A DNA stretch of 64,000 nucleotides from an uncultured Oscillospiraceae bacterium (lineage in GTDB: Bacteria; Bacillota; Clostridia; Oscillospirales; Ruminococcaceae). How positions within the stretch are numbered: the stretch's first letter is position 1; each line of letters opens with the position of its first letter. Below the pieces are notes generated by a model, which searched no databases, was not told the origin of the DNA, and saw only the letters and a program-made list of their open reading frames with translations. Shown in pieces: positions 18,083 through 27,368 of the stretch. The DNA lies in the NCBI GenBank assembly GCA_964507095.1, contig CAZDOS010000002.1:5325-69324 (forward strand). Reading direction: 5' to 3'. The position numbers and the translations under genes were made by a program.

Positions 18083-18309
18083 ATTTCTGCTCCCAACTAT
18101 TATTTTACCGTTAGATTATATCACCCCGCGCGCAGGTGTTACAAGAATAAACAGACCAACTCACATCCTTGACCATGGTTTAGAGCCATATATCCTAATC
18201 GGACTTCGTATTGAATTGGAAAAAACAGAGGAATATAATTTGAAAAGAAGCAGCCATATTCATGCAACAGCCTTATGCTTCGGGAACTGTGTTTGGGGAG
18301 GATCGGTAG

Positions 18310-19818
18310 ATGACAGTGATAAAAAAGGATAGCAAGCTATTGAAGGTGGCCTCTGTCTCCCTTGTCGTCGGCGCCTTGCTGTATCGGGCAGTCAGGGCAA
18401 TCTTCGGCACGAGTCTGGGAGCATATTTCACTGACCTGTTCTCCGACAGTCTCAGGGATCAGATGATCAACCTGTATATTGCCCAGCTTTCACTGACATT
18501 CATAACCATCACCGTCACCGGCTCCCTCTCGGACAACAGCAACATCATATACTGGGAAAACATTGCAGAAAAGAAGCTGATCGCCCCTACCTGGACATGC
18601 TTTCTGGCATACACGTCATATTCCTTCGTGACGATAGTATTCTCAACGATAGCGATATTCCTTGACGGATTCAACGCTCCGGCCTTCTTTCTCTTTTTCT
18701 TCCTGGATGTACTGTTCCTCCGGCTCCTGACTTTGAACATGGTGGACGTGTACTACAACCGCGAAGAAAAAAAGGAAAAGCTGAAGAACGCTTTTATCGC
18801 GTGCAGCAAGGAAGTGGTCAGGAGAAAAGAAGCCGGTACCCTTGCCGGCAGCGACTGCAGCAGAGAATTCCTTGATATGACCCTCGGCATGAGACAGCAG
18901 ACGATGAAGGCCTATGACACCAAGGACTACAGGATACTCAATGAGAACCTGATGTTCATTGCCGAAAATCTGGAATACATGCAGGCAATGGACGATTTCA
19001 GCCACGACATGGGCAACATCGACTATATCTTCTCCTGCCTTGACGAAAATACGATGTTTACGGTAAACGAGTGCATACGAATCATCCTTAGACGAGCACC
19101 GTCCCTGAAAGTGTCGTTCGTGAACAAGATACTTGACGGACTTCTCGATGAAAAAAGGATCAAGGCACTCACTACCGAACTGAACCGATACAACGTGTCA
19201 AGATACCTGAACAATCTCAGGGATGCCGCTCTCGCCGAAGCGCTTCTGTTAAGAGTCGATTCAAAATGGCTAGGAACGGAGCTCACGGACAGCGAAAAGA
19301 AGGCGCTGTTTGACACCATCGGGGAAAAGGACGATCTGTTCGATCTGTCAGTAATAGATATCTCCAGTGAAACGGCAGCCAGGGACATTTCGGAAGCGTA
19401 TTTGGACAACCTCGAACCTCTGTTCAAGATGGCTCAGCAGGACGAGAAGATAAACTATACTCTGGGCGAAATGATGTACAACCTGTCATATGACATCCCA
19501 TATGCCGCAGACAGGATATATGATCTCATGAAGGTCAGGATCATACAGAACGTGTGGAGGATCAGCAATCCCGGGGATCCGGAGAATGATCGTTACGGCG
19601 AGGTCCTGGAATTCTTCCCGGGCGGAAACGGCAGAGCTTATCTGACCATACGGGATTATAAGGACGGAAAGGTCTTTTCCAATCTGGCCTATGACAACAC
19701 TACCGGATATATCTGTGTTCAGTACATCGGCAAAGGCAGGTCCGTCATATTCCAGCTGGATGATGATTTCCTAAGGGGAGACAATGACGAGGTAATATAC
19801 AATCTCATGGATATGTGA
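18310..19818 (+). CDS. Hypothetical membrane protein (502 aa), no family recognised
   Basis: RBS GGGGAGG precedes the start. There are four predicted N-terminal TM helices, then ~350 aa of soluble sequence with no motif I can assign. Confidence 0.75.
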   Translation: MTVIKKDSKLLKVASVSLVVGALLYRAVRAIFGTSLGAYFTDLFSDSLRDQMINLYIAQLSLTFITITVTGSLSDNSNIIYWENIAEKKLIAPTWTCFLAYTSYSFVTIVFSTIAIFLDGFNAPAFFLFFFLDVLFLRLLTLNMVDVYYNREEKKEKLKNAFIACSKEVVRRKEAGTLAGSDCSREFLDMTLGMRQQTMKAYDTKDYRILNENLMFIAENLEYMQAMDDFSHDMGNIDYIFSCLDENTMFTVNECIRIILRRAPSLKVSFVNKILDGLLDEKRIKALTTELNRYNVSRYLNNLRDAALAEALLLRVDSKWLGTELTDSEKKALFDTIGEKDDLFDLSVIDISSETAARDISEAYLDNLEPLFKMAQQDEKINYTLGEMMYNLSYDIPYAADRIYDLMKVRIIQNVWRISNPGDPENDRYGEVLEFFPGGNGRAYLTIRDYKDGKVFSNLAYDNTTGYICVQYIGKGRSVIFQLDDDFLRGDNDEVIYNLMDM

Positions 19819-19877
19819 TCAAAGCATGCATTCATATCCAATTCATACTGAAAAATAACCAAAAGGAGAAATATATA

Positions 19878-20504
19878 ATGAAAGTATTATTATTGAACGG
19901 CTCGCCGAAGCCAAACGGGTGCACCGCAAGAGCTCTGAGAGAAATGGAGAAGGTCTTCAACGACGAAGGCGTTGAAACCGAGTTCATAACCGTGGGAAAC
20001 AAGGCCGTCAGAGGCTGCATAGCCTGCGGCACCTGCTACAAGAACGGCAAGTGTGTCTTTGACGACCTTGTAAATGAAGTCGCTCCGAAATTTGAGGAGG
20101 CAGACGGAGTTGTCTTCGGCAGTCCTGTATATTACGCACACGCCAACGGAACGATGCTCTCATTCCTTGACAGACTCTTCTATTCGTCCCATTTTGACAA
20201 ATCGATGAAAGTCGGAGCCAGCGTCGTTTCCTGTAGAAGAGCCGGAACGACATCCGCATTTGACGATCTAAACAAGTACTTCACCATCTCCAAGATGCCC
20301 ATTGCATCATCAAACTACTGGAATGAGGTGCACGGCTCGACCGCCGAAGATGTAGAGAAAGATAAGGAAGGTCTCATGACCATGAGAAACCTTGCCAGGA
20401 ACATGACTTTCCTGATGAAGGCGATAAGTCTGGGCAAGGAAAAATACGGTCTGCCGGAAAACGAAAGCGGCTTTAGGACCAACTTTGCTGACGGACTTGA
20501 ATAA
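19878..20504 (+). CDS. Flavodoxin-like-fold NAD(P)H-dependent FMN reductase / iron-sulfur flavoprotein
   Basis: MKVLLLNGSPKPNGCT N-terminus and a CIACGTCYKNGKC motif. I moved the start to ATG 19878, which follows AAAGGAGA. Confidence 0.85.
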   Translation: MKVLLLNGSPKPNGCTARALREMEKVFNDEGVETEFITVGNKAVRGCIACGTCYKNGKCVFDDLVNEVAPKFEEADGVVFGSPVYYAHANGTMLSFLDRLFYSSHFDKSMKVGASVVSCRRAGTTSAFDDLNKYFTISKMPIASSNYWNEVHGSTAEDVEKDKEGLMTMRNLARNMTFLMKAISLGKEKYGLPENESGFRTNFADGLE

Positions 20505-20519
20505 TAAGGAGAAACAAAA

Positions 20520-20837
20520 ATGGATCCAATAGATAGGATACGCTCGGCAGAGGAGCGGCTCAATCGCGCCGCCAAGGCAATGAAGGAACTCGAGTTTGCG
20601 CTTGAAGCTTATGAGGCCATCGGTGCCGACGTGGAAATTGTCAGCGGGTATTATGGCTCTCCTGACTGGTTCTCTGACCTTGAGGCATATGACAGCGGCA
20701 AGCTGGGCGTTGACCCGACTACGCTTCCTGCCGGCATACTCTCAGAGGATGCGGCATATGACCTGCTGACGGAATACAATGACCTGGCCATGGAAATGTC
20801 AAGGATAGCAGGCGAAGCCCTCGCAAAGGAGCTTTGA
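20520..20837 (+). CDS. DUF4298-family protein
   Basis: YYGSPDWFSDLEAYDSGKL ... GILSEDAAYDLL matches the pattern I remember for DUF4298. Confidence 0.7.
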   Translation: MDPIDRIRSAEERLNRAAKAMKELEFALEAYEAIGADVEIVSGYYGSPDWFSDLEAYDSGKLGVDPTTLPAGILSEDAAYDLLTEYNDLAMEMSRIAGEALAKEL

Positions 20838-20850
20838 TACTGGGAATTCA

Positions 20851-20877
20851 AAAGAGGCGGAAAACCGCCTCTTTTTT
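20851..20877. terminator. Bidirectional terminator
   Basis: AAAGAGGCGG-AAAA-CCGCCTCTTT hairpin flanked by A- and T-runs, lying between convergent genes. Confidence 0.85.
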
Positions 20878-21617
20878 TACTTCATATATTCCCTGTTCAG
20901 TCGTCTGATGAACTCTACAGAGAATCTGCAGCACAGGTCTGCCGTGCTCTCGTCGAAGTTCAGATTCTTCGGCTGGCTGTTGCTTATGACCCTGAAGCCG
21001 ATGAAGGGTATTCCCATATTCCTTGCGACCTGCGCAGCCGCATAGGATTCCATCTCCTCGCAGTCGGTGCCGAATGTGCTCCTCAAGCTCTCGATCCGGT
21101 CGACTTCCTTGTTGAAGCCGTCGCCCGTGCCGATTATGCCTCTGACCAGTCTTCCGTCCGCATACGGGGTGTTCATGCAGATCCTTACAAGATCCGGATC
21201 CGAAATTAGTTCCCTTACTTCCGTCCACGCTTCTCCGTCGCGGACCTCGATGCCCATAAGCGCCCTGTCCTGAATGTCATATCCGTCGCCGTGATCTTTC
21301 TGATCGGTCTGGAATGAGTCAACATTGATTATGCTTTCTCCGACGATTATGTCCTTTACGTCAAGAAAAGGAGAGTGTGCTCCGGCCGTTCCCTGGTTTA
21401 TTATCAGGTCAGGAGAAAAGCTCTTGATGCCGATATATGTGGAAAGCGCAGCGTTTACCTTTCCCATCTGAGTCTTCCGCACAACGACCCGGGCTCCGTC
21501 GATCGTTCCGCTTGTAAAACGGTAGCCGTCGATATCGACAGTCGAGGGATTCCGGAGGCTGTCTACCAATCCTCTGGTCTCGCTGTCCATGGCCCCGCTG
21601 ACCAAAATCCTAAGCAT
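20877..21617 (-). CDS. PNP_UDP_1-family nucleosidase, MTA/SAH-nucleosidase-like but atypical
   Basis: Aligns by eye with E. coli MtnN: SGAMDSE / GAMEEE, MGKVNAA / IGKVAAA, INQGTAGA / INTGSAGG, EEMES / VEMEA. The RAISD motif is RVISN here. Start is at MLRIL (21617). Confidence 0.8.
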   Translation of the reverse strand: MLRILVSGAMDSETRGLVDSLRNPSTVDIDGYRFTSGTIDGARVVVRKTQMGKVNAALSTYIGIKSFSPDLIINQGTAGAHSPFLDVKDIIVGESIINVDSFQTDQKDHGDGYDIQDRALMGIEVRDGEAWTEVRELISDPDLVRICMNTPYADGRLVRGIIGTGDGFNKEVDRIESLRSTFGTDCEEMESYAAAQVARNMGIPFIGFRVISNSQPKNLNFDESTADLCCRFSVEFIRRLNREYMK

Positions 21618-21630
21618 ACTGTTTTCCCCT

Positions 21631-22647
21631 CTATTTCTTCTTGGTGTCATCCAGCCGTTTGATGCCTCTGTTCAGCATGGTCCTGTACCTTCTTCTGGCT
21701 TCCGTCGGTCCTATGATCCGAATGGATTTTTCAAAGCCGAATACCCAGCCGAAGAAGTTGGGACTCATCGCGACATCTACTCTGGCGATGAAATGTTTCT
21801 TGTCAAAGATCTGCGTGTCAACATCCTCGCCGAATCGGTCGATCACGGACTTCATGACAGAGTTCTCGCAAAGGAGCTCTACTGTGACCCTTTCCTCATC
21901 ATACATCCCAAATACAGCCTTGGTGTAGTCTGAAACGCTGAAATCCCGCGGCTCTGGGAAAGCGTCCTCTTCCAGCATATCCGGTGTGGCGTATATCCTG
22001 TCAACTCTGAAGCTGGTCACCTTACTGTGCTTATCTGAATAGCCTACAGTGTAATAGTAATCGCCGTTCCATATGAGAGCATACGGACTGAATTTATACG
22101 GCATACCGTCATTTCTCATTATCTTCTGCTTGTTGGCATCATACTCATAGTAAAGGAAAGATATCTTCTTTTTCTTGTTTATGGCTTCATTGATACAGTC
22201 AACGATGTAGAAGGACCTCTCGTTGTCGGATTTGACCCTTATCTCCGTATGGATGTTGTGTTTAATCTGCTCCCGCTGATATATGCTGACGAATGATTCC
22301 AACTTTGAGATCAGGTTCTCGCTCTTTCGCTCGGTAATGAACTTTGAAGAAGCGATGGCGTCGACTATGAGCTTGATCTCCGGCAGTTCAAATGTTCTGG
22401 TTATGAGATAGTATCGGTTTGGGCTTCCTTTCCGGATCTCGATCTCCAATCCGCTCTCTCTAAGTGCGTCGATGTCCCTGGTTACTGTCGTCCTGAATAT
22501 CTTTATACCGTATTCCTTTTCGAGATATTTCAGTATTTCATTCGTCGACAGCATATGTTCCTCATCGGAGTACCTGCTCAGTATGGAATTCAGCGCTGCC
22601 AGCCTGACTCTTGTAGCATTGTCCAGGGAAGTGTTTTTCTCGCTCAT
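21631..22647 (-). CDS. WYL-domain transcriptional regulator (wHTH-WYL-C-terminal extension)
   Basis: N-terminal HTH (STNEILKYLEKEYGIKIFRTTVTRDIDALRESG). The WYL core is FSPYALIWNGDYYYTVGY. About 100 aa of C-terminal domain follows. Confidence 0.88.
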   Translation of the reverse strand: MSEKNTSLDNATRVRLAALNSILSRYSDEEHMLSTNEILKYLEKEYGIKIFRTTVTRDIDALRESGLEIEIRKGSPNRYYLITRTFELPEIKLIVDAIASSKFITERKSENLISKLESFVSIYQREQIKHNIHTEIRVKSDNERSFYIVDCINEAINKKKKISFLYYEYDANKQKIMRNDGMPYKFSPYALIWNGDYYYTVGYSDKHSKVTSFRVDRIYATPDMLEEDAFPEPRDFSVSDYTKAVFGMYDEERVTVELLCENSVMKSVIDRFGEDVDTQIFDKKHFIARVDVAMSPNFFGWVFGFEKSIRIIGPTEARRRYRTMLNRGIKRLDDTKKK

Positions 22648-22973
22648 GACCCTTCTCCTTTTTCTGTCTTATCCTATTCATTATTATACATTAACCTTCC
22701 CTGATAATAAAGCTAACCGATCCCGACAAGCCATATAAACGGGGCAGAGATGCCCTAAACACAAGACAGCAGTCTAAACACAGATAAACAAAGGGCAAAA
22801 AAGCATATTTCAAGTTTTTCTCAAAATATTTCTATGTTTTTCCTTTTCTTTCTATCTTTTTAGATACATGATTAGACTTTCTCTCAGTATACTTGAATCA
22901 GACCAAGGGAATTAAACCTTAACACTAAATAAGAGATCAAAAACACCAACTGATTCAAATTTGGAGGAAAATC

Positions 22974-25214
22974 ATGAAAAAGAGATTCATCACATTAGCA
23001 CTCGCAGCAGCCATCATCCTTGAAACTTTCCCTGCACAGGGAATCGTCGCTTACGCGGACACGATGGAAGAGACACAGGCACCTGCTCAGATCGTAGAGA
23101 TGACAGAGATGCCCGAACAGAAGATTGAGCTCCCTCTCGAGATCGTCGAAGAGAAGAAGATCGAAGAGGCTCCATTAGCCGAAGAGAAGAAAGAAGCACC
23201 TCGGATCGTCGAGGAGATCCCTCGGGTCATCGAAGAGCCGACAGTGGAAGAGCCGGTCATTGAAGAGCCTGTCGTCGAAGAGCCTGTAAAGGTACAGCCT
23301 GAGCAGATCACCTTCACTATCGTGATAGCGAACATCCTTCAGCCGAACGGAACCAGCAAGGACTACACACGGACATCCACCCTCAAGCAGGGCTCAACAC
23401 AGAGCAAGGCATTCAAGTGGTTCGACAACAAGATCACCACAAAGAGCTTCTCCTACAAGGGAACGAAGTACACCTACACAGGAAGATTCGTGGACGCCAA
23501 CGGCCGGGAGGTCTCCTTCCCAGTCAAGATGGATCCTTCACTCTACTACGAAGATGTGACCATCGTCCTCTACCCTGTATACGACATCATCGAGGCCAAG
23601 CACCTCAGCGCACAGTACATCGACAACATCTCGACAGCCTCATCAAGCTGGTACAACGTAGACGAGTTCTCAAGCTACAGACACACCTTCAAGCTGCCTG
23701 AGAGCCAGCCGCACTACTCCTTCATCGAGTGGAGAAGCGAAGACGGCACAGCCTACGCACCGGGACAGAGCTGGTCGGCAACAAAGTCTATCCTGGATCC
23801 GATAGCTGACGGCGGCACGCTCACAGTCTCCTTCAGGACATTCTGGCAGCCTTCAGTCACAGTCAACTACTACGTAGACGGAACACTGGTCAACTCAGCA
23901 GAGAGCTTCGAGTCAGTCAATGTGGGAAGCTACATCCCTCAGACAGAAGACAAGGTAAGGTTCATAGGCTGGTATGACGCAGCAGGAAACCAGGTATCTG
24001 ACACCACATTCATCGCTCCGGCGATCACAAGCGAAAGATCAGACAGATACATCGAGAATGTATACGCAAGATTCGTAACAGACTACACAGTTGAGCACAA
24101 GCTCGAGGGTCTTGACGGAACATATGTAACAGTCCTCACAGAAACAGTCAATGACGCAGTCATCGGCACAACGGCAACAGCACAGGCACAGAGCTTTGAC
24201 GGCTTCACCTTCGACGGAAACGTTGATTCAAGAGAAGTCAGAAAAGGCCTTGTCCTCACAGTAAAGTACACAAGAAACTCCTACAACGTAACATACTCCT
24301 ACATGGGTTCACTCATCCCTGAAGGCGCGGAGGATCTCCTTCCTCAGGCAAAGAGCTACAGGTTTGAAGAATCAATAGCAGCAGAGGCAGCACCTTCAAT
24401 AGACGGATACACCTTCTCAGGCTGGGATCTCAATGAAGAGACAATGCCAAGCCACGACATCACAGTGACCGGCAGCTGGGACTACGCAGATGACACTCTG
24501 TCCTACGACGCAAACGGCGGCAAGGGAACAACAGACGCTACTCTGGGCAAGACATTCCACGAAGTAACAGTATCAGAGAACTCCTTCAGAAGAGGCGGAT
24601 ACAACTTCAAGGGCTGGAACACAATGGCCGACGGTTCAGGCACGGCATACGCAGCCGGCGACATCTTCACACTCACAGTTGACACAGACATCCTCTACGC
24701 ACAGTGGGAGGCTATTCCGGTAGAGATCCCTGCAGACCCGACAATCCCTCAGGTACCTGTAAGGACAGTTCCAACGACACCTGTAACTCCTGAGACGGAG
24801 CCTGCAGTTGAGAACATCAACGAAGAGATCGTACCTCTCGCTCCTGTAGCAGAGGAAGAGATTGAAGAGATGGCAATGCCTCTCGCAGTAAGACCTGTAT
24901 GGGCACTGCTCAACCTCATCTCAGCAATATGCACCGGCCTCATCAGCCTGGCAATGATCGCAGGATACTTCTTCCTCGGAGATAAGGAAGAGGACGAAGA
25001 GAACAACAATGACAGACACCTGTTCACAAGAGTTCTGTCACTCGTACCTGCAGCAGCAGCCATAGTAATGTTTATCCTCACAGAGAACATGAACAACCGG
25101 ATGGTCCTCACAGACAAGTGGACAATATGGATGCTCACAATACTCCTCACGAACATAGTCGCAGCCTTCGCAGCAAGAAAGGACGACGAGAAGATCGCTG
25201 AGAACGATAACTGA
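22974..25214 (+). CDS. Secreted surface protein (746 aa) with Glu/Pro repeats, Flg_new repeats and a 3-TM C-terminus
   Basis: Signal peptide MKKRFITLALAAAIILETFPAQGIVAYA and EEPx repeats are present. Flg_new-type repeats include YNFKGWNTMADGSGTAY...ILYAQW. The C-terminus has PLA + WALLNLISAICTGL and two more TM helices. Confidence 0.88.
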   Translation: MKKRFITLALAAAIILETFPAQGIVAYADTMEETQAPAQIVEMTEMPEQKIELPLEIVEEKKIEEAPLAEEKKEAPRIVEEIPRVIEEPTVEEPVIEEPVVEEPVKVQPEQITFTIVIANILQPNGTSKDYTRTSTLKQGSTQSKAFKWFDNKITTKSFSYKGTKYTYTGRFVDANGREVSFPVKMDPSLYYEDVTIVLYPVYDIIEAKHLSAQYIDNISTASSSWYNVDEFSSYRHTFKLPESQPHYSFIEWRSEDGTAYAPGQSWSATKSILDPIADGGTLTVSFRTFWQPSVTVNYYVDGTLVNSAESFESVNVGSYIPQTEDKVRFIGWYDAAGNQVSDTTFIAPAITSERSDRYIENVYARFVTDYTVEHKLEGLDGTYVTVLTETVNDAVIGTTATAQAQSFDGFTFDGNVDSREVRKGLVLTVKYTRNSYNVTYSYMGSLIPEGAEDLLPQAKSYRFEESIAAEAAPSIDGYTFSGWDLNEETMPSHDITVTGSWDYADDTLSYDANGGKGTTDATLGKTFHEVTVSENSFRRGGYNFKGWNTMADGSGTAYAAGDIFTLTVDTDILYAQWEAIPVEIPADPTIPQVPVRTVPTTPVTPETEPAVENINEEIVPLAPVAEEEIEEMAMPLAVRPVWALLNLISAICTGLISLAMIAGYFFLGDKEEDEENNNDRHLFTRVLSLVPAAAAIVMFILTENMNNRMVLTDKWTIWMLTILLTNIVAAFAARKDDEKIAENDN
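23232..23291 (+). repeat. Four tandem 15-bp units (GAAGAGCCN + 6 nt) encoding EEPxx
   Basis: Read directly: EEPTV EEPVI EEPVV EEPVK. Confidence 0.85.
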
Positions 25215-25248
25215 TATCAACCATTGATCTCTTAATACACATATCCAA

Positions 25249-25282
25249 GCATGATGCAGGCCCACAGTGGCCTGCATCATGC
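25249..25282 (+). terminator. Terminator hairpin after the 746-aa gene
   Basis: 14-bp perfect stem GCATGATGCAGGCC / GGCCTGCATCATGC. Confidence 0.75.
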
Positions 25283-25334
25283 ATTTGGCTCGAATCGATT
25301 GATTAAACTCATTGAAAGCCTGCTCTCCGAAAGC

Positions 25335-25369
25335 AAAAAGACATCTGTACCATTCAGGATACAGATGTC
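25335..25369 (-). terminator. Rho-independent terminator after mrp-like gene
   Basis: GACATCTGTA / TACAGATGTC stem with a U-run on the minus strand. Confidence 0.75.
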
Positions 25370-25384
25370 TCCATCATTTGATTA

Positions 25385-26221
25385 TTAGTCCAGCAGCTTT
25401 TCAATGACCGCAATGGCTTCATCCATGTAGTCTCCCTCAAAGAGCTCAATAACTCCCTGGTCAACATTCTTGGCAAGCTGAGGATCGATAGGCATTCTTG
25501 CGAGAACAGGCACATTGTACTTCTTTGCCAGTTCATCCACATTGCTCTCTCCAAAGACATAGATCTTTTCACCGCAGTGTGGGCATGTAACATAGCTCAT
25601 ATTCTCGACGATACCGATTATTGGTACAGGCACCGGCATCATTCCCGCCATCTTTACAGCCTTTTCAACGATCATTGCTACCTGCTCCTGAGGAGAAGCA
25701 ACGATGATGATGCCGTCTATGCAGATGGACTGGAAAACAGTGAGCGGAACATCTCCTGTTCCTGGAGGCATGTCAATGAACATGAAGTCCACATCGCCCC
25801 AGATGACATCGGTCCAGAACTGCTTGACCGCATTGGATATGATGGAACCTCTCCATACGACAGGATCCGTTTCATCCGGAAGAAGGAAGTTTACGCTCAT
25901 GAGATTGATCCCGGTCTTAGACTTGACCGGAAGAATTCCCATTCCGTTTCCTACGGCTTTCTCATGAATTCCGAAAGCCTTGCCTATTGAAGGTCCCGTA
26001 ATGTCGGCATCAAGGATGGCAGCCTGGTACTCGTGTCTCTGTGCGAGAACAGCCAGAAGGCTCGTTACCATGCTCTTTCCTACTCCGCCCTTGCCGCTGA
26101 CAACGCCAATGACCTTTTTGATCTTGCTTAGTTCATGTGGTGCTTCCTTTGCCGGAGCTCCGCCGTTCTTTGATGGGCAGTCAACTCCGCAGGATGAGCA
26201 GTCATGTGTGCATCCAGCCAT
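25385..26221 (-). CDS. Mrp/NBP35 (ApbC)-family Fe-S cluster carrier ATPase
   Basis: Deviant Walker A VVSGKGGVGKS, N-terminal Cys-rich CTHDCSSCGVDC, and C-terminal CPHCG. ATG 26221 is preferred over the TTG at 26239. Confidence 0.88.
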   Translation of the reverse strand: MAGCTHDCSSCGVDCPSKNGGAPAKEAPHELSKIKKVIGVVSGKGGVGKSMVTSLLAVLAQRHEYQAAILDADITGPSIGKAFGIHEKAVGNGMGILPVKSKTGINLMSVNFLLPDETDPVVWRGSIISNAVKQFWTDVIWGDVDFMFIDMPPGTGDVPLTVFQSICIDGIIIVASPQEQVAMIVEKAVKMAGMMPVPVPIIGIVENMSYVTCPHCGEKIYVFGESNVDELAKKYNVPVLARMPIDPQLAKNVDQGVIELFEGDYMDEAIAVIEKLLD

Positions 26222-26297
26222 GTTTATATATCTCTCCAATCTATATTGTATAAATTCAAAGCCAACTAAAAGTATATCACACTTGTCAAGTGCCGCA

Positions 26298-27284
26298 TCA
26301 TTCCGGCCGGTCCTTCAGATAATCGTCTTCCGTCAGCTTGAAGCTTCCGGGGAACAGTTTCAGATTCGAGAAATTTACGGTATCCTTTTCACCGGATCCT
26401 CTGCCTTTTTTATGTATCTCGAGTCCCCTTGAGTATTTTGCCATCAGTTCTTTCTTGAGCGCCTTGTCGAGCCGTCCTTTTTCATCCAGCTTTCTGTAAC
26501 TGGTCAGCAGCTCCAGCATGAAAAGCTCCCGAGCCCTGTGTACGATCACCTTGTCCGGGCAATCCTCAAAGTGTTCCCGTCTTGCAAGCGAACCGTCAAA
26601 CGCAGACCTGTAGTCAGTGTCGTCTGACATGTTCCTTTTTATACCCTCGCTCCTTACAAGGTAGAAGTAGAGAGGCAGATGCGTCACCGCTATCCTGTCA
26701 CAGGCTTCGACAGGCTTGTACAGCTGAGTGTCGTCGCTGAAGATCCTTCCGTACTCGAGTGTGATGCCCTCAAACACTTCTTTTCTGAATATCTTTCCCG
26801 CGAACAGCCTGTAGTTCCGGTCTCTTCTGAGCAGCTGTCTGCGGAGAAATTCATTCGGAGAGATGATCTCTGTCTCAAAGTCATCCTCCAGATAGAGGAA
26901 CTCTTCATCCTCGCCCCAGTGAAAGATCCTGTAACTGCACGCGCCCATTGGACAACCTGTCTCTTCCAGCATCCCAATCATATATTCAACGTACCCGGGA
27001 ACTATCCTGTCATCGCTGTCTACAAAACAGACATATTCTCCCTTTGCTTCAGATACTGTCCATTCTACGGTCCGTATAAAGTCCTTTTCGGTGCTACCGA
27101 ACGATCTGATGCATCTGATCCTCCGGTCCTCTGCTGCACACTTTTCTACTGTCTCCTGAGGGTAATCCCTCGTGAATACCGGCAGTATCTCCAGATCGGT
27201 ATGTGTCTGGGCTATCACGCTCTTAATGCACTTGTTAAGGTATTGCCGGGAGTCTCTCACCGGGATTATAACGCTTACTGACAT
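26298..27284 (-). CDS. Family-2 glycosyltransferase
   Basis: N-terminus VSVIIPVRDS with DSDD (DxD) at FVDSDDRI. Confidence 0.85.
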   Translation of the reverse strand: MSVSVIIPVRDSRQYLNKCIKSVIAQTHTDLEILPVFTRDYPQETVEKCAAEDRRIRCIRSFGSTEKDFIRTVEWTVSEAKGEYVCFVDSDDRIVPGYVEYMIGMLEETGCPMGACSYRIFHWGEDEEFLYLEDDFETEIISPNEFLRRQLLRRDRNYRLFAGKIFRKEVFEGITLEYGRIFSDDTQLYKPVEACDRIAVTHLPLYFYLVRSEGIKRNMSDDTDYRSAFDGSLARREHFEDCPDKVIVHRARELFMLELLTSYRKLDEKGRLDKALKKELMAKYSRGLEIHKKGRGSGEKDTVNFSNLKLFPGSFKLTEDDYLKDRPE

Positions 27285-27368
27285 AGCAACCCTCTGTAAC
27301 TGTATTTGTTGTTAATTCTATCATATTATGATATATTTTGATACACAAACCACGACAAAGGGGGATTT

